This document shows positions 26,101 to 38,505 of a stretch of DNA of 64,000 nt, one piece after another. Source of the stretch: Balanoglossus misakiensis. Taxonomy: Eukaryota; Animalia; Hemichordata. The position numbers and the translations under genes were made by a program. Where the stretch lies: positions 2,780,656-2,844,655 of the forward strand of contig CM082596.2 in assembly GCA_040954595.2 (NCBI GenBank). Direction: 5' to 3'. The notes beneath the pieces are model-generated. The model saw only the letters and a list, made by a program, of their open reading frames with translations. It did no database searches and had not been told where the DNA came from. Positions within the stretch are counted from its first letter, which is position 1. Every line of letters begins with the position of its first letter.

Positions 26101-29100
26101 TGCATTGAACAACAATGGAACAGCTCGGCAGGTTGCCAGGGAGCAAAATACGTTCCTCCTGGTGCAGCTTCCGGAGAACACTACAAGTTGCCCGCGACGA
26201 CGAATCCCATCCCTGCTGAGTCGTATTTTGTTCTATTTTCCCGGTCATGCATAACACCGCGATTATTATTCATGGTGCGGGGCCAGTGGGGTTAATCCGC
26301 ATGTGCGTCTGAGGTCAATTATCGGAGATTAAGTTGTATAAGCTGCAATTAATTTATCTTACTTTGATAACCTTATTGTTACCTTCATCTCTTCTCCATT
26401 ATTGATTAGGTTTTACGTTTAAATTATTGGCGTAATGGAGTATTGGGGATCGTAGCTTCCGGGTGAAATCAAATAAGTCTGTCATTGGTTCCATGATTAG
26501 CCATTGGAAACGTAATCAAAAATTGAATTAGTACAAGATTATCGGGAGAAATATATGATTACAAAGTAGCATGATAGACCATGAAGAATGATTATTTCGG
26601 TTGGAGTGTTTTATTTATTTTTGAAAAATTAAAAAAGAAGATTTTAATCAATTTGGAGATGTGGTGTTTGCAAAAATGCTGACACCCCCAGTTTTCATGT
26701 TTGATACACACACACACACCAGTCAGTCATTATTAGCAGCTGTTGTGTGGGAACATTCACATTTTTACTATTTTCTCAGTGCATTTTTTTCTTCAAATTG
26801 GAATATTCCTCTAGTTGTGGCCCTGAGAAGGTCAGTCAATTATATCAGGAGCTCCAGGTGGAAAAAAGGAGGTGGCGAAATGTGTCAAGGATTGACGCAA
26901 ACAAGTCTTGTGGAGAATAGCTTCATCTTGGTGAATAATTAGATCAGCGCGATAATGGCACCTCTTGACGACAGTCTGTGGGGCTCCGAGTACTCTGGGC
27001 AATAAGCGTAGAACTGGAATGATCACAAATGTCGTGGAAATAAACAAAACATGCTTGGAATGCATTCTGGCTGTTGCATCCCAACACGAAAACAGGGTCT
27101 AAAAAACCTGTCACAGCAAATGTTGTGCCCTATGCAGCATCAACATAACCTGGGAAAAAATGTACTCATTATCATCCAATTCAACCTCTTCAGTCAGATA
27201 TTTTTTTCCTGGTTCAGCAAACTCTATTTAAAACAACTACGTTAATGGCGAGACATCTAATCGTTTGTCTTGATGTTGTAGATGTATGGATTCACTTAAA
27301 ATTGAGTGTCGTTATATATTATTATGTATACCTGCATGATGGAAATTGCTTAGGGGGATGAGGTAGTTGTTCTCTCACTGAAAATAAATAAGACTTCTCA
27401 TACCCCCCCCCCCCCCTCCCCATAACATCATGCAGGTGCTTTTCATTTTCTCAAAACAGCAAGAGAAAAGAAAATCAATTTTTACAAGTGATACTAATCC
27501 AGCTTCTTTTTTCTCTCTCTTTCTCCTGTTTCCATGGCAACAGTACAAGCTGGTGAAGGAAGCCTTGCACGAGCGAGCCAACCTGCTTGCGATAGCTCCT
27601 CACTTATCAGATCCGCTCCCCATCATGCTGCCAATTTACAAGTAAGTACGCTCCCGACCATTAGTTTCTCCTCTTGACGGCGGCCACACAGAAAGCGGTC
27701 CCTGTTTCTTGTCAGTGTCTCAGTGTCAGCTCGGCGGAGACCCAGAAATCTCAGCTCTTGTGTTGTGCAGTTGTTTGGTGAAAGTACAGACAATTTCCTC
27801 TGTGCAATGACTCTGGGATTTTTTTCAGTTGTTTATCATGTATCTCGCGTTCAGACCCTGGGCACTGACTTAACTTGCCTACACCCATGCAAGCACATGC
27901 CTGCAAACACAAACCACCCCCCCCATCCCCTCTTCTGCCCCCCCCCCCCCCTCCCTCCACCAACCAAACTTCTGTGGAAAAGCACTGCGCATTTGAAAAA
28001 TGATATGGATTTTAATGAGAGCCCAGGAATTAATTCAATGTGGCTACACTATGAATATCATCTAGTTCACATTATTTCAGTTTATTACTTTGGGGTCCCC
28101 GGGGTCCTTCAAAATGGGAGGTCAAATACACTCATCCACTGTGAGATATCTTATTGGTGTGTTGAGAGGTAGCCTCCCTTATCAAGTGAGGGAGCTGTCT
28201 CTTCTGAAATACATGGAGTGGGCTGAGTTGATAACGTTTATTACGGAAGATTGTTGAAACACAGTGGTTTGCATAGACTGTGTTCATCTTCAAGGAAAAT
28301 TGATATATTTGAAGTGCTGATTTTGAGGAGTGACCCAGAAAATGTATTGTGTGTGTGTGTTACATGTATGTAACAATTGTGAGTATCTTGTATGTATGTA
28401 TGTATGTATGTACATGTACTACAACATGTGCATGTGCACCTGTATGTGTGTATGTGAATGTTTTCATGCAAATCCAAGTATGAGTGTCCATGCATTGTGT
28501 GTTAGAGGCAGAGCCCTGTGTGATACAGAAAAAACCCTCTAGCAAGTCAATTACACCAAAGCCTTGAGGCTGTTATCTCCGTGTCTGTTCCACCTTTCTC
28601 ACTTTCCAAATGACTCACTTGGCTTTCTCACCGGAAATTCACCAAAGACAGAGAAAAACAACTCTCTCCAACAACCCAGAGAGAGCATTAGACTCCGCAT
28701 CAGTCATTTCCAGTGCGATGCCACAGCAGATATTGTCGTCATCCTCCCAGAAAAAAAAAAACCTGAATATTTAAGACTAACCTGAGGGTACAAACAGGAT
28801 CCTGTTTGATGGTTCGGACGAAAACCACTCCATAAAAATCCCCCAGTGTGTGATAGCTGGGCGAAAGTTTTTTATCTTTCCTCGTATGATGGATCAATAA
28901 TTTGTTAATGGCCCGATCATAAAAATTCATATGATATATCAATCTTTTGTTGAAACAGATTTAAATCAAATTTAGGGCAGACTGTCTCCCCCGGTGTCTT
29001 CTGTAACGTTATTGTTCACTTCACGATGATAGCTCATAGTTAACGTGTTATGGTAATTTGCTTTCTGGAAACTAAAAATCTAACTCTGCAGTCAATATGT

Positions 29101-32100
29101 AATTTTATGTTTTGCTGCGTCATATTTGGAATTGAAATGGCTTTCAACGCTTGTTAATATGTCCTTACGGATGTAAAATGTTACAATGTAGAAATAAATA
29201 TTCCTCGTAAAATGTTAGGAAATTTTTTTAGAGTGCTCGTCAAGTCATAGAAACAAGCACCTACTGGAATGTGTTTGATTTTGATCTGAAGAAAGGCCTG
29301 CTTTTATAACTGTATTAAGGTCACCTTGATATAGTGTCGACATCAAAGAAATCAAGTTTTAAACCTTCAAAGTTCAATCCCATTTTTTCCAGGAAAAACT
29401 TTTTGTTTACTCTGTTTCATTTGTTGATTTTCTGAGAAATGTGACAGTAAGTACTCCATTTCTTCAAATTTCAATTTCATTCCATACATGCTTGTACATT
29501 GCAAAGGAAAACTTGATAGATATAAAAGTGGTAAAGCTGAGGTCCGATTATGCCTATGAAAGGATAATTTACCAGAAATGGTTTTCTCCTCAAATCCTTA
29601 CTGATGGAAGTGATAAATTTCTGCTGGAAGATGAGATTTACAATTCAATTTTGCGAAGGAGTTCGGGTGACCAGGCAGATTTCGCGGCGTTGTGTATTTA
29701 TGGTTGCGTATCGCTTTCATTCCTGAAATCCGGTCTTCAGAAATGACGAGAGGATTAATAACATTGATGGGATAGAGACTGCAGATCAGATGAAAATAAA
29801 TCCACAGGTGAGAACAAGACCGCGATAAATAAACACAGAAGACTGCAGGCAAGCTGGAACACTGTGCTAACTGTATCATGTCCTGATACGAAAAAATTCT
29901 CAACGACTCGTATTTCAAACCGAGAATGAAAAGTACAGTGCCAGTGTAGAGAGATATCTACAATTCCCCAAACGGCCTCAGATTTACCTGAATTCATGTG
30001 TGTCATGTCAGTGGGTATTCTGAGCTGAACATTGCCATTGCACAATTACGTTTATTTGGTCCCGATTTTACACAGAATGTGCAAATGAGCCATGCACATA
30101 ATAGGGTGTCTTCATTGCCAATAGTTCAGCTTCCTTTCCGGGAATTTTTGTTCCTGTCTTCCAACAGCAGTCTGTTGAGATAGTGTCTGCTTGATTGAGG
30201 TTCAGAAGCTATTTTTGCGTGTGGGTCTTTATAACAACGTCCAGGAGATTTTGTAATTTCGCGTCTTGGGTTGTGAATGGTGCATTGTGGCAGATCACAA
30301 TGGTGTATTATAAGCAAACTGGTTCACTGGTCTGGAATCAGTTTTCAAGACTGAAATAAGATGGGCAGATTCACAGACTAGAAGGCACGAATAAACGGTC
30401 GAGACAGATAGATTTGAGAGTCAAAATGTGAGCAAATTTGGTCGGTTGACTGATTTGAGAAAAAACACAATTGGAGTTATGGGGGGAGGTAGATGGATTA
30501 ATACAGTACAGAGGTAAATTTTGCAGGATTTCTGAGCATCAGATGAACGAGGGAAGATAAATAGATACCAGTTGAAAAGAAGACTTGGAAGAACAAATGT
30601 TTTAGTGAGTACGACCGTGAAGATAACCTGAGACTTTGAAGGTAAAATGTCACTAAGGAGATTGGTTTTATAGATCTTTAGCGTTGCTTCCTCCAGTTTT
30701 CTTGTCATTTTGCCGAGTTAATGTGTTATTATGAAGATAAAGGAAATCTTGACAGGCTTGGGTTTTACAACCTCTGGGAGAGTGACAGCCATAAATTAGC
30801 AATGGTGTAAAAATATGCCGTAAATCTTCCCAGCTGCAAAATTGATAGATGATGCTGTTGTTTTTTGCCTTGAACCCGGCTTGCCACAGATCAATCAAAA
30901 ACCACATCATTGGCGTGTTTATCACCAAGTCGTTATGGAAACTTAGAAATTTATAAAGATGCATCAGGATGTGTGAATGACAGGAGCTGTTAAGTGGTTA
31001 GAGAAGGGATACTAGTATGCCATGCACTGCCAGCCGACTGGCCTTATGTTTCCTAATAAACAGTTCTACATACAGACAAAAGTGTAACATACAAGACGTT
31101 TAACTGTGCTAGGGGATTCTAGGGGGTACAAGTTCTTTTTAAATGATTAATAAAAATGTTTATTGGGTCGTTTGTGTTTGTTGTTTACTTAAGTGTCTTT
31201 GCATCCATTATATGACCTTGACATGTTGAGATTTTATTTCATTTATTTCAAAGAACCTAACCAAATACTCTTATTGAATCGTTAAACCATTATTAAAAAT
31301 AGAAAAAACTTCGAAAAGAGCTGACATAAACTTTTACATGATACAGGCTCAGAATTAATGTGGAATACAAATTTTAATGGATGTTGGGTTTATTGCTTCA
31401 TTCAGCATTGAGGAATGAATTTACGAAATTCAAAAACGGAACCTGTTGAACTGAAAACTGTTATCCCGTGGAGAGAGAGAGAGTCCCTGTGAAGCATGCG
31501 CACTTATAACCAGTCGCTGAAGGCTGAGTTTTTTTACGCGTTTGTGGCGAATAGTGGCTACCATGGTGATGGATATGTGCGATACTTTCTTGTGCGGTGC
31601 CTTTGATTGAACTTGATTGTCAATTTTTTGCCCTGAAGTACAGGAGTTAAGTTAAAAATCAATGCCAGAGATAGGAGATTAAAGAAGGACAAATATTGAA
31701 TCCGAATTATTTTCCCTGTGAGTTGAAAGGAGACAGTTCTGCCCTGTGGAGGCTCCAGTGAGCATATGAAAGCAATTAGTTAATTTCCTTAGACGTGAAA
31801 AAATGCCCATGTGCAAGGCACGATGTCAAGGTGAACAAAAATTGGTGATCAATTTATAATTTTGACTGTTTCCTTGTTTTTTCTCACATAAGACACATAA
31901 TTTTTTGCATTATCTATAAACACGAGGTTTGACTGTGTTGTGAACAGAAAAAGAGTTCGTCGCTGAAAGAAACCAGGTCAAAAATTTTGCTGCAGAAACT
32001 GACAAATCCATGAATTCACTTTATGGTGTGAGATGGACTGCACAGATTACAGGCGCAGAAATGTGTAACACAAATTCCATTTATGATAGCCTGATATACT

Positions 32101-34278
32101 AGAGATGTGACAAGAGATTATGAACACAGCAACTCGCAATGTCGCATCGTATGAGTGTTGTGGTTGTGTGTGTGGGGGGGGGGGGTAGATAATGCAGTTG
32201 GATTTAGTTACATTGATGTAATTAAATGAATGGATTTGGGACAGCTAAAACTGTGTTGCATTTATTAATTATTACGCATTTTGTTTTCACTTACATTCGT
32301 GGGGAGTGTGCAGTGCATATGTGTGATTGAGCTGCCGTATATGGTAGTTTCAATTATTATAAATGTTTTATTGTGTCCATTTCCCGAGACATAATTACAC
32401 CCTGGAACCGATCACATTTTGTTCAGTTACTACCGGGGAAAATACCTGTTTTTTGTTGTGTGTGTGGAGAATCTGGGCTATCTTGTGTAATCAAGCATCG
32501 TTCCAATTTTCACTCTTGCACATCGGGTTCACGCGCAGTGTGGCACATTCTTTGCATCTCGCCGAGGGCCGGACAATCTTCTGCAAGAGTGAATGAATGA
32601 TCAGTAACCGTGGAAACAGAATGGTGGAGTAATTCTCGCTTTGAGTGTGTGTTTTGTGCGTGCGGGTCTGTCTGTGTGGGTCTGTGATTGTGTGCTTGTG
32701 TGAGTGTATTTGTGTAATGCACCGAGCCCAGTTCGAATCGAATCATTAAAGATGCACTTGAATACTAGTTCCCGAAAATACAAGAAGACTTCATCTTTGT
32801 GCATGGCTTGTGCCTTATAAAAAATATTTCTCTACGGATACTAGGTTTTTAGCCTTCACTGGCACAAAATATATATTTATCAACATGCAGACCAATTTTT
32901 AGCTTGAAAATTAATGGAATTGCTGGTAACAGCTGCTGATGATAAACATACATGTACATTGCAGTGACATGTGTCAATAATATAAAATGAATGAAAAATT
33001 GCATGTGTATATCGAAATCTGAATACATACCAGTGATATGAGAAAATGTGTAGGATAAAAATATGTGTTCAAGAGTAATTTTGAATGTATGAATATTGCA
33101 GAGATTTCCTAACGAGGGTAAGCTTGAGGTTTTGGTTATCACTTGAACTCAGACCAAAATATTTTTTGCTCAAGTTTTTGTACGAAAATACAGAACACTG
33201 CCTGTGAACAGATTTGTGGTGGAGTATAAAATTGTAACTGTGCGTGCCAAACGTGGCGACAAGATCGATTCCTATTGCTAACACATGGCGGGTACATGTG
33301 ACAAATTATACTGCTGGTGTTTGTCACACATGTTCGCTGGAATGAAAATGTTTTGACCCCTTGTTCAAAACAGTGGTGTTTATTCCATTTACAGAATAAA
33401 TGGTTTTCGCTTCATCTGTCCGTTATTGAATTTCAACGTTTGTGTAATCTACTGTATGATTCTTATTCACAATTGTCATATTGAGTCTTTCGCTTAATGT
33501 TTGGTTTTTGTCATTTTGTTTTGGACAGGTGGTGGCAGCTTCCGTACTTCTGGGTGGGCATCAAAGCGTACGACATTGTCGCTGGGAAACAATGCTTGAG
33601 AAGCAGCTACTTCCTGTCAAAATCCAAAGCCTTGGAACACTTCCCCATGTTGAAGAAAGATGCACTTGTTGGAGCGCTCGTGTATTACGACGGTAAGTGA
33701 AATGAGCGCCCTCAATAGTATAAGGAGTCGTATCAAATGTGTGGTGCGCCCTCTGGCAGCGGTTTACAAAATGTGAACATTTAAAGAAACAAATCTCTTT
33801 GATAAATGAAGTCTTTACCACACCATTCCTTAGGTCTGTTGTGAAGTTCAGCTCGAGAAATAATGGCATAGTTTTGTGGTCCATTAGTTGTTGCACACAT
33901 TTTAACCAGATTTGCGACATTCGTGTTGGCTAGTGTAGTGCTGACACATTTTCTGTACTTTTGCCCCATTAAAATATCTGACCCTTCAGGCAGACACAAT
34001 GATGCTCGGATGAACATGGCCATAGCACTGACGGCAACCCGCCTTGGAGCAGTAGTGGCCAATCATACCGAAGTATTAGAATTGCTCAAAACGAAGTCTG
34101 AAGATGGTAGAGACGTTGTTAGTGGTGCCAAGGTCAAGGATGCCATGACAGGTAAAAAGAAATTTTCTGTAGAATAATTGGTGACACACAGAGAAAAGGG
34201 CTTTTGTTTTGGGGTGACTTCCAGCCCCATCAGCATCAGTCCTCCTCAGACGTAAAGTTCCCTTTGTTTTTCAACACT

Positions 34279-34350
<72 letters not shown>

Positions 34351-37300
34351 GGTCATGAATTCAAGGTCAAGGCAAAAGCAGTCATCAACGCCACAGGTCC
34401 GTTCACAGACACTATCAGACAGATGGCTGAACCGACAACGAAAAAGATCTGTCAGCCCAGCGCGGGAGTACACGTGGTTTTGCCCGGTTATTACAGGTTA
34501 GTGATCAGTGTCACAAATAAGCAAACTAGGTCTTCTCATGACTTAACCACTTTCAGCCCATTTTCAATGGACAATATCAGTCTGTTCAAACTTATTAATT
34601 TAGAAATTTATTATTATCATTTCTGTTTTTCTTTATAGTCCAACGTCAATGGGATTACTGGACCCAGCCACCAAGGATGGTAGGGTGATATTCTTTCTTC
34701 CCTGGGAGCACAAGACCTTGGCTGGCACCACGGATACACCGTGCGAGGTCACCGACTCGCCAACTCCAACCGAGGAGGAAATACAATTCATCTTGGATGA
34801 AATCAAGCACTACCTCAGTCCTGACGTCCAGGGTAGGTGGTCTGTTATGTGTACGTGAAATTTTGAAATTCTTGTTCTGTTAGGCTGGCTGCTATGCACA
34901 TAGCACATAGTGTGATTTATTTCAGTCTAATACAAATCTCTCTCTTTCTCTCTGTGTATGTTTGTCTCTCCCCCTGTGCAACTTAACAAACAACTGTACA
35001 GTGAGGCGAGGTGATGTATTGGCCGCTTGGAGTGGTATAAGACCACTGGTGACAGACCCCAAGGCCAAAAACACAGAGTCATTATCCAGAAACCATGTGA
35101 TTGATGTCAGTCCCTCAAATCTGATCACAATTGCAGGTGAGTCCATACACTTTCTCTTCTATTGACCCATACAATATAACATACAAATGTTTATTATACA
35201 AATCTGCATATAGACAGCCAAGCATCACATTGAAATGTCATATTTCCAGGTGGGAAGTGGACGACATACAGGTCCATGGCAGAGGACACTGTTGACGCGG
35301 CTATCAAGGCTTGCAACCTGGAACCGAAGACAAAATCTCAGACAGATGGGATGTTGTTGGATGGTGCCGCTGGATGGACTCCGACTATGTTTATCAGACT
35401 TGCGCAAGACTTTGGTCTGGAAAGTGAAGTATGTATATTTACAGTTTTAGTGAATTCTGCGTGATTGCGTGTATTTTGGTAGATGTGCCTGGGCTGCCAC
35501 ATGCATGCATTCTTGATCAGTACACCATTGACCAACCCTTGACTTGTCAGGATCATTACTACATCCATGTTCTTTTCTTTTCTCAGGTCGCACAACATCT
35601 TGCCAACACCTACGGGGACCACGCCTTCGAAGTGGCCAAGCTGGCCGAGTTGACTGGCAAGAGACAGCCTGTTGTCGGAGTCAGGCTAGCGGAAGAATTC
35701 CCTTATCTAGAGGCTGAAGTAATCATACTTATTATCACATCTAGTATCTGAAAGATATCTTTTCTAGCTTTTGTATTGTTGCCTGTAATTATTAAACCAT
35801 AACACGTACATGCCCATTTCAACACAAGGTTGAGATACTGTTGAAAGTTGATTTTTAATTTTTTTTCCGAATTTTGTCTCCTTCAGGTGAAATTTGCAGT
35901 GAGGGAATATGCCTGCACTGCAGTGGATGTCCTTGCCAGGAGAACTAGGTTAGCATTCCTGAATGCACAAGCGGCTGAAGAGGCTGTCCCAAGAGTTGTG
36001 GAACTCATGGCTAAGGAACTGGGCTGGAATAAACAGAGACAGAAGGTGAGGGTGTCATAGTCCAGTGGATAGACCAGTGGACTCATGAACGGAGGATTAT
36101 GGGTCACAATGTCAGAGCGCTTTCATTTCAGAGATTCATTCTTTACTGTTATGCATGCATCGAGGGTGTGATGCTGATGTGTATTCAGGATGTCTCTGTA
36201 TCTAATCTTTCTCTTGGTCTCACAGGAAGAGAGAGAAAGAGCCGTCAAGTTCATCTATGAACAGATGGGAAGCAGTTGCCATGAGAACCTGTTGAGGATA
36301 CCCATCAACTTCAGCGAGAGCGAAATCAAGACGTACTCCAGAAAGTTTGACAGTCTTGACACCGAGAAGAAAGGCTTTATCACATCTGTGGACATCCGGA
36401 AGTATCTTGATGTAAGAATTACTTTTTAGTAAAATTCTACCTCATTTACTGTAATATAGAAGTAATATTTATGGGAGGGGTGTATGTTTATTAAGATCAG
36501 ATTTTTACATTAGCATGATTAGTCCTGTCTTGATTGGGTCGGGGTGTTCATATGAATTTGTGAGATTTTGCATCTGGACTTGAATTGAAATGTTGCCATC
36601 CTGACTGTGATTAATTCTGAACTTCGTGAAAGATTCACTGTTGAATGTAGTTATCACGCCAACAGATACCTTGTTTGTGCGAAATCAAAGGTAGGTGTAT
36701 GCCTTGGAAAATTAAAACAAATGTTGATGAATTTTCAACTTGTATTGTAAACTTTCACAGCCACAAACTGCAAAGAAGCCCAGATCAGATACTGTAGTCG
36801 TCGAAAATAGGTAAAGTGTGTCGGATTGTCAAAATGTCAACAAAAAACCCTAACTAATACTGTTCTGTACCCTTTCGTGGTGTCGTGTGGAATCTGATCT
36901 CTCTGCTAACCCCCAGTATTGACAGCACTTGTAACAAACATGGATGACTATTTCTCTCACAGCTCAAATGCTCCACATGGAATGCACTGACAAAGGGGGT
37001 AAATGGGTCTCTGCTATAAACTCGGCAAGGCACTGCAAGATGACATACAGTTCAATTTCACTTCTGGCATATTTGGAATTCGAAACAAAAATAACATTGA
37101 TTGAAACTAAACCCATTTCAACCAATTAAAAACTGTACATGATACAAATGTATGCCTTTCAAACATCAATGGCATAGAGATTACTGATGGTAGCTTATGA
37201 GGTTTTAAAGTACATTTCCCTCAAAATTCCATTCAAACTTTTACTTTTAATTGAGCCCGATCTAACCAACTAAAGTGAAAGCCAAACTGTAAATAAGTCA

Positions 37301-38505
37301 AAAGACGCGAGGGACCGTTCTGGTTTTAGGAACTGGATTGGACCGGATCTGACCTCATCCATCCACAGGTGCATGAAACTCTTGCCAGTTTTATTTTTAT
37401 CGCTTCGGTTTTCTATTTTTTTAGAATATTGGCGAAAATGTCACTGAAGATCAGCTAAGGGATATGATGAACGAAGTAGATTGTAACAAGAATGGACAAA
37501 TCGAAAAAGATGAATTCTTGCAGGTCTCTTTAACATTTCTTTCTTCTTTTTCTGTCTTAATTTTGTGAATGCTTCTGTCCTGTCATCTCTCTCTTCCTCA
37601 TAAGGTGAGCAGCACCGCCATAACAAGAGTAAAAGTTTGCCTCTGATTGGTTGAAAATAATAGCAATCCCACCATCAGCCAATCAGATTTATTGTTCTTT
37701 ATAAAACAGCACAGAATGCTTCCATCTTGACATTCTGTGTCAGACTTCCCTGCCGATTTCCGTCTTTCTGTTTCTATCTATCAGTTGGCAGTATAAAACA
37801 AAACAATTAGTCATGCCATGAAAGTATGCGTTTCAGAAAAAAGCAAGATAAGTTTGAAAAAAAAACACTTGCAAACTTTTAACAACACCACAAACTCTCA
37901 ACAGACTTACCGGTACCTTATTCTGTTGGTCTAACCTTCCTACCCATGTACATGTATCTGTGTTGTCTAACCTTTATTTATTATTACAATGAGGCTAATC
38001 ATGACGGTCATGTAGTGATGAGCACCAAACACACCATAGTACTGAGAAACCATTCACTTGTAACAAGCATGCCATGTTTATGCACACATTGACAACTTGA
38101 TGTCATTTACCTCAAGTCTGTTAGTTTGGCACCCAAGAGCATGGCATGTTTTGTTACAGTACAGTACATCATGTCCTAGTCTAAATAAAATCAACAGTTT
38201 TTCATGCTGAGGCTTGATTTTGTCCACTGTATGTATTATAACATTTCCAAAAACATTGATTATATTACAATTATTTTTAAAAATTCACTGTTTCCGTTTT
38301 GAAAATGTACTGTTCGAAATTTCATGATGTCAACTCTGAATGAGGAAGGTGAGTGACTTCTGTAATGTTGTTTCTTCTTGGACAGCTCATGAGCGCCCTG
38401 AAAACTGGAGCCCTTGCCCACAGCCGCCTCGGAACAGCGATCGCTCTCGGTGAACAAAAACAGAGAGTGGTCATCTCTACGGAGCGCAGTGGTGGTGGTG
38501 TGTAA
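23058..38505 (+). CDS. GPD2: Glycerol-3-phosphate dehydrogenase, mitochondrial (FAD-dependent); 15 coding exons, 724 aa
   Basis: join(23058-23162,23768-23939,24260-24384,27544-27641,33529-33692,33990-34151,34352-34496,34639-34832,35002-35136,35250-35428,35587-35718,35887-36045,36226-36411,37425-37523,38386-38505) = 2175 nt, all GT-AG and phase-consistent. Motifs: FDVLVIGGGATGCGVALDA (FAD-binding), SGTSSRSTKLIHGGVRYL, INATGPFTD, DGRVIFFLPW, WSGIRPLV, GGKWTTYRSMAED, C-terminal EF-hands DTEKKGFITSVD and DCNKNGQIEKDE. Confidence 0.97.
23768..23939 (+). CDS. GPD2: GPD2 coding exon 2 (FAD-binding GxGxxG)
   Basis: RQTLHV...EFDVLVIGGGATGCGVALDAVSR; AG/GT flanks. Confidence 0.95.
24260..24384 (+). 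CDS. GPD2: GPD2 coding exon 3
   Basis: GLRTALIEKDDFSSGTSSRSTKLIHGGVRYLQKAIMGLDYEQ. Confidence 0.96.
27544..27641 (+). CDS. GPD2: GPD2 coding exon 4
   Basis: YKLVKEALHERANLLAIAPHLSDPLPIMLPIYK. Confidence 0.96.
33529..33692 (+). CDS. GPD2: GPD2 coding exon 5
   Basis: WWQLPYFWVGIKAYDIVAG...GALVYYDG. Confidence 0.96.
33990..34151 (+). CDS. GPD2: GPD2 coding exon 6
   Basis: GRHNDARMNMAIALTATRLGAVVANH...KDAMTG. Confidence 0.95.
34279..34348. repeat. (CT)n microsatellite forming a GPD2 polypyrimidine tract
   Basis: abuts the acceptor CAG at 34349-34351. Confidence 0.95.
34352..34496 (+). CDS. GPD2: GPD2 coding exon 7
   Basis: HEFKVKAKAVINATGPFTD...GVHVVLPGYY. Confidence 0.96.
34639..34832 (+). 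CDS. GPD2: GPD2 coding exon 8
   Basis: SPTSMGLLDPATKDGRVIFFLPWE...YLSPDVQ. Confidence 0.96.
35002..35136 (+). CDS. GPD2: GPD2 coding exon 9
   Basis: VRRGDVLAAWSGIRPLVTDP...LITIAG. Confidence 0.96.
35250..35428 (+). CDS. GPD2: GPD2 coding exon 10
   Basis: GKWTTYRSMAEDTVDAAI...RLAQDFGLESE. Confidence 0.96.
35587..35718 (+). CDS. GPD2: GPD2 coding exon 11
   Basis: VAQHLANTYGDHAFEVAK...EFPYLEAE. Confidence 0.96.
35887..36045 (+). CDS. GPD2: GPD2 coding exon 12
   Basis: VKFAVREYACTAVDVLARRTRLAFLN...WNKQRQK. Confidence 0.96.
36226..36411 (+). CDS. GPD2: GPD2 coding exon 13 (EF-hand 1)
   Basis: EERERAVKFIYEQMG...FDSLDTEKKGFITSVDIRKYLD. Confidence 0.94.
37425..37523 (+). CDS. GPD2: GPD2 coding exon 14 (EF-hand 2)
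   Basis: NIGENVTEDQLRDMMNEVDCNKNGQIEKDEFLQ; weak donor GTCTCT. Confidence 0.93.
38386..38505 (+). CDS. GPD2: GPD2 last coding exon
   Basis: LMSALKTGALAHSRLG...STERSGGGV-stop (TAA 38503-38505). Confidence 0.94.
   Translation, partial: LMSALKTGALAHSRLGTAIALGEQKQRVVISTERSGGGV

Noticed and set aside
27723-28172. 149-aa ORF in a GPD2 intron
   Set aside because: Non-ATG start; the poly-Pro comes from a C-run; no homology recognised.
32720-32745. GTTCGAATC, a tRNA T-loop / B-box-like motif
   Set aside because: The flanks do not form a cloverleaf.
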